Positions 1-7,637 of a stretch of 20,962 nucleotides of DNA are shown here, piece by piece. Origin of the DNA: Ignavibacteria bacterium (GTDB lineage: Bacteria > Elusimicrobiota > Endomicrobiia > PHAN01); contig JBGFRZ010000057.1 of the NCBI GenBank assembly GCA_041694835.1, forward strand, positions 1-20,962. Direction: 5' to 3'. The translations under genes were made by a program, and so were the position numbers. Each line of letters starts with the position of its first letter. Positions within the stretch are counted from its first letter, which is position 1. Below the pieces are notes generated by a model. It made no database searches. It worked only from the letters and a program-made list of their open reading frames with translations, and was not told the origin of the DNA.

Positions 1-213
1 AGAGAAAATTCAGAAATTGAAAGAACTGTCAGCAATTTTTCAAACATAAATTGCTAAACCTACCGGCTAAATGGCGCTGGCTTTGCTAAATACTGACTTT
101 TTCAACACTCTCATAATGAGACCACTGACGCTTTGCTAAAACCTCACCACAGAGGCACAGGGAACACGGAGAAAAAACTTTACCACGAAAGCACAAAAGT
201 CAGAAATCACGGA

Positions 214-265
214 AAATCCCCCTCTATCCCCCTTTTGTAAAGGGGGAAGCGAAGCAGGGGGATTT
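214..265. repeat. Nested GC-rich palindrome (REP-like element)
   Basis: Outer arms AAATCCCCCT (214-223) / AGGGGGATTT (256-265); inner stem TCCCCCTTT (227-235) / AAAGGGGGA (239-247) with a 3-nt loop. Confidence 0.75.
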
Positions 266-284
266 ACAGTGACTTGTGCACTTG

Positions 285-307
285 TGCAGACCAAGGTCTG
301 CAACTAC
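285..307 (-). repeat. GTAG-footed REP-like hairpin
   Basis: Minus strand reads GTAG-T-TGCAGACC-TT-GGTCTGCA (perfect 8-bp stem). It is embedded among ACTTGTGC octamers (272-287, 311-318). Confidence 0.75.
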
Positions 308-401
308 AAAACTTGTGCTTTGTTGCAAAAAATTTCTTACACATTTTTTTGCGTCTTGTGTGGTAATATGGCTTTTTTCAATAATCTCATAATAAAATCA
401 A

Positions 402-962
402 ATGGCTGATTTAAATTCCAATTTTATCAAACTTGCGAAGAAACGTTTCAGCGCAAGGAACTATTTTGAAAAACCCATCAATAGAGAGAATATAGAACTC
501 TGTCTTGAAGCGGCAAGGCTCGCACCGTCGGCATGCAACTCCCAGCCGTGGAAATTCATAATCGTCGACGAGCCCGGACTAAAAAACAGGCTCTGCGACA
601 AGATATTTTCCGGTGCATACAAGATGAACATGTTCGCAAAAAAAGCACCGGTTATCGTCGTTGTCATATCCGAAAAAAGCTCATTTATAGCATCTGTTGG
701 AGCGTTTTTGAGGAATACGAGATATTACCTTATAGATATAGGAATATCGGTTGAACACTTCTGCCTTCAGGCGGCGGAGATCGGGCTCGGCACCTGCTGG
801 ATAGGATGGTTCAACGAGAAAGAAGCGAAAAAAATTCTTGGCTTGTCGGAAAATAAAAAGATAGATGTAGTTATCTCGGTAGGATACACGGACGAGGCCC
901 CCCCGAAAAAAGAAGGAAATCGCTCGGTTCAATCGCTCAATTCAACTTATAATGCATCATAA
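402..962 (+). CDS. Nitroreductase family flavoprotein (C-terminus possibly frameshifted)
   Basis: Motifs RFSARNY, ARLAPSACNSQPWKF, DIGI..EHFCLQA..GLGTCWIG and ISVGY are typical of FMN-dependent nitroreductases. Confidence 0.92.
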   Translation: MADLNSNFIKLAKKRFSARNYFEKPINRENIELCLEAARLAPSACNSQPWKFIIVDEPGLKNRLCDKIFSGAYKMNMFAKKAPVIVVVISEKSSFIASVGAFLRNTRYYLIDIGISVEHFCLQAAEIGLGTCWIGWFNEKEAKKILGLSENKKIDVVISVGYTDEAPPKKEGNRSVQSLNSTYNAS

Positions 963-1067
963 TATCCGGCTTTGCCGACGGAGAGGACACAATATCTGGA
1001 GCGAAGAAATCGGGCGATTTTGAATGAATGTACAAACCGTTCAGAAAGCCATAAAGAAGGCGTCATC

Positions 1068-1964
1068 ATGAAAGAAAAAATGCAGATTTCGTCACTTGTA
1101 AACATGAACAGCCCGGCAGCGATTATAGAGGAGGTAAAGCGCAACTTCATAGAGCACTACAACATATCGGATTTCGAGCTAATAAGGCGAACATTCAATG
1201 ACTTCAACGACCTGTTCGACGGAAATTACCCGGGCTACAGGGCATGCAACACAAAATTTCACGACAAAACTCACACTACCGATGCTCTCATTGCCATATC
1301 AAGATTGATAGACGGCTATAATATCAGATGCTCCAAATTTTCGGCGAGAGAAGCTCAAATTGCCCATCTGGCTACTATTCTTCACGACAGCGGTTATATT
1401 CAGATAAAAAGCGACAAAACCGGCACGGGTGCCAAATATACACTCTTCCACGTCGAAAGAAGCATCGCTTTTATGGAAAATTACTTCAAAAGAATCAGGT
1501 TGGGGAGAAAAGATTTTATATCCGCAAGAAATATGGTTCACTGCACCGGCGTTACTACGAAAATCTCGGATATAAAATTTTCCGGAAAACACGAAAAAAC
1601 GCTCGGGCTTATGCTGGGCACATCTGATTTGCTCGGACAGATGTCTTCGAGAATATATCTTGAGAAACTTATGTATCTTTATCAGGAGTTCAAGGAGGGG
1701 AATGTTCCCGGATATGACTCCGAGTTGGAGCTTTTAAAAAACACCATAAAGTTCTATGACGAGACAAAAGTAAAGTTGAAAACTGAATTTGAAAGCGTAT
1801 ACAATTACGCTCGCGACCATTTCAAAAAGAGATATAAAATCTCCAAAAACCTCTATGAGACAACCATAGAATCGCATATCGGATATCTAAAGAGAGCTCT
1901 GAAAATGCATCCCGACGATTTAAGAAACTTACTCAGACGCCATAAATCACTAAATTCTGACTGA
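1068..1964 (+). CDS. HD-domain metal-dependent phosphohydrolase (HD/PDEase superfamily)
   Basis: FHDKTHT ... ATILHDSGY ... HVERS ... TSDLLGQ give the H...HD...H...D metal ligands. ATG 1068 follows AGAAGG; the ORF track starts at TTG 972. Confidence 0.8.
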   Translation: MKEKMQISSLVNMNSPAAIIEEVKRNFIEHYNISDFELIRRTFNDFNDLFDGNYPGYRACNTKFHDKTHTTDALIAISRLIDGYNIRCSKFSAREAQIAHLATILHDSGYIQIKSDKTGTGAKYTLFHVERSIAFMENYFKRIRLGRKDFISARNMVHCTGVTTKISDIKFSGKHEKTLGLMLGTSDLLGQMSSRIYLEKLMYLYQEFKEGNVPGYDSELELLKNTIKFYDETKVKLKTEFESVYNYARDHFKKRYKISKNLYETTIESHIGYLKRALKMHPDDLRNLLRRHKSLNSD

Positions 1965-2097
1965 GATTGCAATCCTCTCGGAAAAACCCCTTTCATCCTG
2001 TCAAGTTTTGCTACCAATCACGATTAAACAAAACATGGATTTATTCCGAAAGGCGGAGTATCACTCCATTTTTTATAGAAACTTCATAGGCAAAACT

Positions 2098-2126
2098 TTG
2101 CATTTTAGGGCAAAATTTTGTAGTAT
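2098..2126 (+). promoter_or_regulatory. Putative sigma70 promoter for the lepA operon
   Basis: TTGCAT (2098-2103), 17-nt spacer, TAGTAT (2121-2126), about 200 nt upstream of lepA. Confidence 0.5.
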
Positions 2127-2213
2127 TGACGATATGAAATCAATGGAAGATACCCTTATATGCAAAAACCATCAGGATGCACGAAGGAATAAACCGCCGC
2201 TCTGAACGAGAAC

Positions 2214-2306
2214 AGAGGTGAGAGGACAGAGGCGGTAAATGTGAGACGGTAGTGAGGTAAAAGGCAGAAGGTGAAAGAAATGTTTTCTGTCTACCGTCTC
2301 CCATCT
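2214..2306. repeat. Degenerate heptamer arrays with an inverted arm in the lepA leader
   Basis: AGAGGTG-AGAGGAC-AGAGGCG (2214-2234). GAGACGGTAG (2243-2252) is the reverse complement of CTACCGTCTC (2291-2300). 2290-2306 is the reverse complement of the AGACGGG/AGACGGT/AGATGGG units at 20848-20880. Confidence 0.65.
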
Positions 2307-2333
2307 TTGGCAAAGCGTCAGCAATTTCATAAT

Positions 2334-4121
2334 ATGGACAAATCGAAAATCAGAAATTTCTGCATTATAGCTCACATAGACCATGGCAAGAGCACCCTCG
2401 CTGACAGATTTTTAGCTTTAAGCGGCCTTGTTTCTCCCGAAGACCGCAGAGAGCAGATAATGGACGAGATGCAGTTGGAACGCGAAAGGGGCATCACCAT
2501 AAAGGCGAAATGCATCAGGATGGAATGCGGATATAGAAGCGAAAAATACATACTTAATCTCATAGATACGCCGGGACATGTAGATTTTACCTACGAGGTC
2601 TCCCGCGCGCTTGCGGCGTGCGAAGGTGCGGTTTTACTTATAGATGCAAGTCAGGGTGTGGAAGCGCAGACGATAGCGAATTATTATCTTGCGCTTGTGG
2701 CAAACCTCGTGATAATTCCCGTCATCAACAAGATAGACCTGCCTACTGCTGACACTGAAGGCACAAAAAGGCAGATTAAAGAAATTTTGGGAGTTTTGCA
2801 AGAACCGATTCTTATAAGCGCCAAAAGCGGCGACGGAGTTGGCGAGTTGATAAAAAAGATTATTGAAGTTGTACCTTCGCCGAGGGAAGAAAAAAAAGAA
2901 GTCGTAGCACTCATATTTGACTCTTTCTACGACCCATACAGAGGAGTAATAATTTACGCGAGAATTTATTCTGGGAATTTGAGCCGGGGGGACAGGATCA
3001 TATTTTACAGTAACAAAAAAAAATACGAGATTCTTGAAATAGGATGGTGGCAGCTGAAATTTGTTCCGTGCAAAATTCTTCATGCGGGAGAGACAGGGTA
3101 TCTTGTATGCGGAATAAAAGATATTCGTGACATAAAAATAGGCGACACAATCACGCTTGAATCGAATCCCGTCAATGAGTCCTTGCCCGGATTCAGAGAA
3201 GTCAAACCTTTTGTCTTTGCGGGCTTTTATCCGTCAAATCCTTCTGATTACGAAAGTTTGAGCAAGTCGCTTGAAAAACTCAGCCTTACCGATAGTGCCT
3301 TCCAATATGTGGGCGAAACCTCTGTGGCGCTCGGCATGGGTTTTAGGTGCGGTTTTCTCGGTACTCTTCACATGGAAATATTGAAGGAGAGGATTGTCAG
3401 AGAGTTTGGCGTGGATGTTATCGTCACATCTCCAAATGTCGTCTATAAGGTTGCGACGAAAGAAGGCAGGGAAATGATAATAGATAATCCGAGCGTTCTG
3501 CCTCCGCCGTCTGAAATAGAGAAAATCTACGAGCCGTATGTTGGGGCCACGATAGTGGTGCCTGATACATATCTTGGAAATGTCTTTAAGTTGCTTGAGG
3601 CCAGAAGGGGCGAGCAGGTCAAACTAAAATTTCTTGAATCAAGAAGGGTAATAATGAAATACTCACTTCCTCTCTCGGAAATACTTGTCGGATTTTATGA
3701 CGCTCTTAAATCGGCTTCTTCGGGACATGCTTCTTTCGATTATGAGCATTCAGGCTATAAGGAGGGCAAACTCTCAAAACTCGAAATTCTAATCAATCAC
3801 GAAACTGTGGACGCATTTTCTTCAATAGTTCCATCAGAGTTTGCATATAGGAGAGGGGCGCATCTTACCGAAAAACTAAAAGAACTTATACCAAGACAGC
3901 TTTTCGAAGTTCCGCTACAGGCCAGAGTCAATAATAAGATAATAGCTCGCTCCACGATTCCGGCGATAAGAAAGGATGTTTTGGCTAAATGCTACGGAGG
4001 AGACATCACAAGAAAAAGGAAACTTCTTGAAAAACAGAAGCAAGGGAAGAAAAAGATGAAAAAGTTCGGCGAGGTTGAAATACCGTCGGAAACTTTTTTT
4101 AAAGTGTTAAAAATCGATTGA
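2334..4121 (+). CDS. lepA: Elongation factor 4 (translational GTPase LepA)
   Basis: IRNFCIIAHIDHGKSTLADR, ERERGITIKA, LIDTPGHVDF, NKIDLP, GFRCGFLG.LH and C-terminal RKDVLAKCYGGDITRKRKLLEKQK. ATG 2334 matches the usual N-terminus; the upstream extension runs through repeat DNA. Confidence 0.98.
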   Translation: MDKSKIRNFCIIAHIDHGKSTLADRFLALSGLVSPEDRREQIMDEMQLERERGITIKAKCIRMECGYRSEKYILNLIDTPGHVDFTYEVSRALAACEGAVLLIDASQGVEAQTIANYYLALVANLVIIPVINKIDLPTADTEGTKRQIKEILGVLQEPILISAKSGDGVGELIKKIIEVVPSPREEKKEVVALIFDSFYDPYRGVIIYARIYSGNLSRGDRIIFYSNKKKYEILEIGWWQLKFVPCKILHAGETGYLVCGIKDIRDIKIGDTITLESNPVNESLPGFREVKPFVFAGFYPSNPSDYESLSKSLEKLSLTDSAFQYVGETSVALGMGFRCGFLGTLHMEILKERIVREFGVDVIVTSPNVVYKVATKEGREMIIDNPSVLPPPSEIEKIYEPYVGATIVVPDTYLGNVFKLLEARRGEQVKLKFLESRRVIMKYSLPLSEILVGFYDALKSASSGHASFDYEHSGYKEGKLSKLEILINHETVDAFSSIVPSEFAYRRGAHLTEKLKELIPRQLFEVPLQARVNNKIIARSTIPAIRKDVLAKCYGGDITRKRKLLEKQKQGKKKMKKFGEVEIPSETFFKVLKID

Positions 4122-4132
4122 AAGGAAATCAA

Positions 4133-4909
4133 ATGGAAACAAAGTTATTTATTGCGGCGATTGTCTTATTTATAATTTCTCGTTTTCTAAAAGGTAAAAG
4201 GAAAAAGTTTTCGGGTCTGTGGGGGAAGATTTATAACGAGATTTTCGAATGGCTCCAGACAGGTTGGTCCGTAGTGCTTCTTGCGACAATTCTTATGTAT
4301 TTTTTCCTGCAGGCTTTTAAAATTCCCACAGGCTCGATGCGTCAGACGTTTCTTGAAGGCGACCATCTTTTTGTAAACAAATTCATTTACGGTTTCCGCA
4401 TGCCGCTTACCGACGGAAAGAGGATTTTCCCGCTAAAGGATGTAAAAAAAGGAGATATAGTCGTTTTCAGCGCCCCGTCAATGGCACTTTCTCCGATAGA
4501 ACGAAAAAAAAAGATAAAAAAGGATTTTATTAAAAGATGCGTCGCTCTTGGTGGCGATTGGGTGGAGCTTAAAAATAAAAAGCTTTATGTAAACGGAGAA
4601 ATGCAGATTGAACCTAATGTAATACATGCGGATGACATAGTTTATTCGTCTCCGCCCCAGCTTTCAAAATACACGCCAGAAGAGTATCAGAGGGCATGGG
4701 AAAACGGAAGGTTTGCCGATTCCCTCGCGAGCGTAAGAGACAACTTCGGACCGGTTATGGTGCCGCCCGGGCATTATTTTGTTTTAGGTGACAACAGGGA
4801 CAGATCTTTCGATTCAAGATTCTGGGGACCTCTTCCCGACAGATTTCTTAAAGGAATATCATGGTTTATATACTGGCCAATCGGGCGAATGAGAATTATT
4901 ATGAGGTAG
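4133..4909 (+). CDS. lepB: Signal peptidase I
   Basis: Two N-terminal hydrophobic segments, IPTGSM (catalytic Ser), KDFIKRCV (catalytic Lys), GDNRDRSFDSRFWG; directly after lepA; AAAGGA RBS. Confidence 0.96.
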   Translation: METKLFIAAIVLFIISRFLKGKRKKFSGLWGKIYNEIFEWLQTGWSVVLLATILMYFFLQAFKIPTGSMRQTFLEGDHLFVNKFIYGFRMPLTDGKRIFPLKDVKKGDIVVFSAPSMALSPIERKKKIKKDFIKRCVALGGDWVELKNKKLYVNGEMQIEPNVIHADDIVYSSPPQLSKYTPEEYQRAWENGRFADSLASVRDNFGPVMVPPGHYFVLGDNRDRSFDSRFWGPLPDRFLKGISWFIYWPIGRMRIIMR

Positions 4910-4993
4910 CAGGTAGGGAATGGCATATAGTGATTGGAGCGTAAGTGTGCAAGTCAAAACTTGTGCTCTTGTGAACTAACATCAGGAGGTGTT

Positions 4994-5422
4994 GTGAATA
5001 TCGCGAACGCATGGTTTTTTGTCGGCGTTGTAATGTTCATAATTGAGATACTTACCCCCGGGATTTTCTTTTTCTTTTGTCTCGGATTGGGCGCTTTTGC
5101 GGCGGGCGTTATTTTTATTATTTTTGGGAACATATGGCTCTCATGGGCGGCTTTTATTGTTATATCACTTGTTTCTGTTTACACAATAAGGCCAATTGTA
5201 AGGAGGTATTTGAAAGCCAAAAATAAAATGTCGAATGTTGATGCGCTCATCGGCAAAAAGGCACTGGTAGTTGAAAAAATAACTCCGGAGCAGATGGGAC
5301 TTGTAAAAGTTGAAAGCGAACTCTGGAAGGCAGAAAGTTTTGATGTGGTTGAAGCAGGAACGTTTGTCGAAGTATTGAGAATAGAAGGCTCGCATCTGGT
5401 TGTGAAGAAAACAGAGAATTAG
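4994..5422 (+). CDS. NfeD family protein (short, YbbJ-like), partner of the SPFH protein
   Basis: W..GV...IEILTPGIFF hydrophobic N-terminus; C-terminal OB fold LIGKKALV..GLVKVESELWKA..V.V.RIEGSHLVV. GTG start after AGGAGGT; adjacent to an SPFH gene. Confidence 0.9.
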   Translation: MNIANAWFFVGVVMFIIEILTPGIFFFFCLGLGAFAAGVIFIIFGNIWLSWAAFIVISLVSVYTIRPIVRRYLKAKNKMSNVDALIGKKALVVEKITPEQMGLVKVESELWKAESFDVVEAGTFVEVLRIEGSHLVVKKTEN

Positions 5423-5426
5423 GAAA

Positions 5427-5509
5427 ACAAGAGCACAAGGCACAAGAGCACAAGTAACAGGGGCGTAGGTTTTAACTTGTGCACTTGTGCTCTTAAGCAC
5501 TTGTGCACT
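5427..5509. repeat. Two facing octamer arrays (GCACAAGx / ACTTGTGC) forming a long imperfect hairpin
   Basis: ACAAGAGC-ACAAGGC-ACAAGAGC-ACAAGT (5427-5455) and ACTTGTGC-ACTTGTGC-TCTTAAGC-ACTTGTGC (5475-5506). Confidence 0.8.
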
Positions 5510-5525
5510 AAAAAAAGGAGGTCTT

Positions 5526-6407
5526 ATGCCGGCAGGTTTAATTTTCATTTTGGTTGTTCTGGTTGTTATCTATGTTTTTAGCGCTGTTAAAATAGTTCTT
5601 CAGCATGAGAAGGGACTGGTTGAGACGCTCGGGCAGTACACGAAGACGGTCGATTCAGGCATGACTGTTATACTGCCTCCTTTTCAGCGTCTCAGAAAAG
5701 CGGATATGCGCGAGCAGGTCATAGATGTTCCACCGCAAGATGTAATAACGAAGGACAATGTTATGGTGAATGTTGACGCCGTGATATATTTTCAGATTAC
5801 CGACCCTTTCAAAGTCGTCTACAACATAACTAACTTTGCTCTTGCTTCAATGAAGTTGGCTCAGACAAATCTCAGAAATCTTATAGGAGACCTTGAATTA
5901 GACCAAACGCTCACATCCCGGGAGAAAATCAATCTGCAGTTGAGACAGGTTCTCGACGAAGCAACCGATAAATGGGGAGTCAAGGTCACCCGCGTTGAGA
6001 TACAAAAAATAGAACCGCCCAAAGACATCACCGATGCGATGAGCAGACAAATGAAAGCCGAGAGAGAAAAACGTGCAAACATCCTCGAAGCGGAGGGTTT
6101 AAGACAGGCGGCAATTCTTAAAGCGGAGGGTTCAAAATTGTCGGCAATTTTAGAGGCGGAAGGAAAGGCGGAAGCGATTAAAAGAGTGGCGGATGCTGAA
6201 AAATATCAGATAGAAGTCGTCTACAACGCTATACACTCTGGGCGCCCCACGAACGATCTTATAGCCATAAAATATCTTGAAACCCTTGAGAAAGTCGCGA
6301 ACGGTCAAGCCACAAAGATATTTTTGCCGATGGAGGCGACCGGCGTAATGGGTTCAGTAGCAGGTATTGCCGAACTATTCAAGGATAAAAAAGAAGAAAA
6401 AAAATAA
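5526..6407 (+). CDS. qmcA: SPFH/band 7 stomatin-like protein (QmcA/paraslipin type)
   Basis: N-terminal TM, DMREQVIDVPPQDVITKDNV, LAQTNLRNLIG.LELDQTLTSRE, WGVKVTRVEI, AM.RQMKAEREKRA.ILEAEG; AAGGAGG RBS. Confidence 0.93.
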   Translation: MPAGLIFILVVLVVIYVFSAVKIVLQHEKGLVETLGQYTKTVDSGMTVILPPFQRLRKADMREQVIDVPPQDVITKDNVMVNVDAVIYFQITDPFKVVYNITNFALASMKLAQTNLRNLIGDLELDQTLTSREKINLQLRQVLDEATDKWGVKVTRVEIQKIEPPKDITDAMSRQMKAEREKRANILEAEGLRQAAILKAEGSKLSAILEAEGKAEAIKRVADAEKYQIEVVYNAIHSGRPTNDLIAIKYLETLEKVANGQATKIFLPMEATGVMGSVAGIAELFKDKKEEKK

Positions 6408-6455
6408 TTTGTTCCCGTCGAGTTCAACGATTTTCGATTGTTGGGAATTTAATAT

Positions 6456-6490
6456 TCAACTCTCATCTCTCAACACTAAACTCTAAACTT
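6456..6490 (+). repeat. Degenerate heptamer tandem array directly before the hemW start
   Basis: TCAACTC-TCATCTC-TCAACAC-TAAACTC-TAAACTT. Confidence 0.65.
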
Positions 6491-6491
6491 T

Positions 6492-7589
6492 ATGTCGGGC
6501 ATATACATCCACATACCTTTCTGTAAAAAAAAATGTAATTATTGCGATTTCGCATCAATGCAGATTGATGCAGATAAAGACAAGGATTGCATAGATAGAT
6601 ATTTGAGCGCCCTTACAAAAGAAATCTCATCTTTCCCCCTGCCTACTACCTACTACCTACTACCTACTATGTACATCGGCGGTGGCACCCCGAGTATTTT
6701 ATCCACCTCACAGATAAATTTTCTGATTTCTTCCATAAGAAAAAAATTTGATTTTAGTAATACTTCCGAGATAACATTTGAATGTAACCCGGAAAGTGTC
6801 AATGAGGAAAAATTAAAACTCTTAAAGTCGCTGGAGGTGAACAGGTTAAGTTTTGGGACGCAGTCATTTTATGACGACGAACTCAAATTTTTAGGCAGAG
6901 TTCATTCTGTGAGCGACATTTTTCAAAAGTATAATTTGGCGCGTTCCGTTGGATTTCAAAACATAAACATCGACCTCATATATGGATTGCCGGGTCAAAA
7001 GGTGAAAAAATGGCTTGAAAATCTTAAAAAAGCCATTTCGCTTTCTCCCGAACATGTTTCAATATATCCGCTGACTATTGAGGAAAACACGGATTTATTT
7101 CGCCGTGATATCAAAACTTCCGACGAAGTTCAGAATCAAATGCACTTCGCCGCCCGTGATTTTCTCGAAAAACATGGATTCATACATTATGAAATTTCGA
7201 ATTTTGCACGGCATGGACGTGCGTCGCAACACAACTTAAATTATTGGCGTTGCGGCGAGTATCTGGGTTTTGGCTCCGCTGCATCAAGTTTTGCTTATGG
7301 AAAGAGATGGAAAAACTCTTCCGACATAGTAAAGTATGTAAATAATCCGTCAAATTCTAAAGAGTGTTTGGCGGCGGTTGATGGCGAAGAGATGGTTTCA
7401 GATAAAATATTTTTAGGTTTGAGGCTTTTAAATGAGGGTGTCGCCATTGACAGTGAAATTGAAAATAAATATCGTGAAAAAATCAACAATCTCCAAAAGT
7501 CAGGTTTAATAGTTAGAGAAAAAAACAGGATGAAACTTAACAGGAATTCCATATATGTATCAAATCGAATAATGAGCGAGTTTGTTTAA
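6492..7589 (+). CDS. hemW: Radical SAM heme chaperone HemW (HemN-like)
   Basis: IYIHIPFCKKKCNYCDF, YIGGGTPS, NIDLIYGLPGQ, HYEISNFA and the HemW-type HNLNYW motif; lacks the HemN N-terminal extension. Confidence 0.93.
   Translation: MSGIYIHIPFCKKKCNYCDFASMQIDADKDKDCIDRYLSALTKEISSFPLPTTYYLLPTMYIGGGTPSILSTSQINFLISSIRKKFDFSNTSEITFECNPESVNEEKLKLLKSLEVNRLSFGTQSFYDDELKFLGRVHSVSDIFQKYNLARSVGFQNINIDLIYGLPGQKVKKWLENLKKAISLSPEHVSIYPLTIEENTDLFRRDIKTSDEVQNQMHFAARDFLEKHGFIHYEISNFARHGRASQHNLNYWRCGEYLGFGSAASSFAYGKRWKNSSDIVKYVNNPSNSKECLAAVDGEEMVSDKIFLGLRLLNEGVAIDSEIENKYREKINNLQKSGLIVREKNRMKLNRNSIYVSNRIMSEFV
6642..6669 (+). repeat. Perfect (CCTACTA)x4 tandem repeat inside hemW
   Basis: Units at 6642, 6649, 6656 and 6663; encodes PTTYYLLPT just before YIGGGTPS. 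Confidence 0.95.
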
Positions 7590-7629
7590 GGGGTTGCCAA
7601 AGAATAATGTTGATTTTTTGGCAATTCCT
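7589..7629. other. Long imperfect hairpin between hemW and the glycosylation cluster
   Basis: Core TTGCCAAA (7594-7601) / TTTGGCAA (7617-7624), extendable with G:U pairs to about 17 bp; no clear U-tract. Confidence 0.55.
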
Positions 7630-7637
7630 AATTAATT

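Noticed and set aside
1-49. Possible 3' end of an upstream + strand gene (EKIQKLKELSAIFQT-stop, frame 2)
   Set aside because: Only 15 codons are visible; it cannot be supported or identified.
51-140. TTGCTAAA recurrences as a degenerate CRISPR array
   Set aside because: The repeat is only 8-11 nt, spacing is irregular (32 and 50 nt), and there are no cas genes.
2172-2384. Minus-strand 70-aa ORF and the GTG 2271 extension of lepA
   Set aside because: Both are translations of heptamer repeat DNA; LepA homology starts at ATG 2334.
4934-4993. Cys-containing N-terminal extensions of NfeD (and of SPFH at 5487-5525)
   Set aside because: They derive from ACTTGTGC repeats; strong RBSs point to starts at 4994 and 5526.
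6492-7589. Annotation as true coproporphyrinogen dehydrogenase HemN
   Set aside because: It is short, lacks the HemN N-terminal region, has the HemW HNxxYW motif and sits in a lepA context.
7589-7629. Rho-independent terminator after hemW
   Set aside because: The stem is AT/GU-rich and has no following U-tract; kept only as a hairpin.
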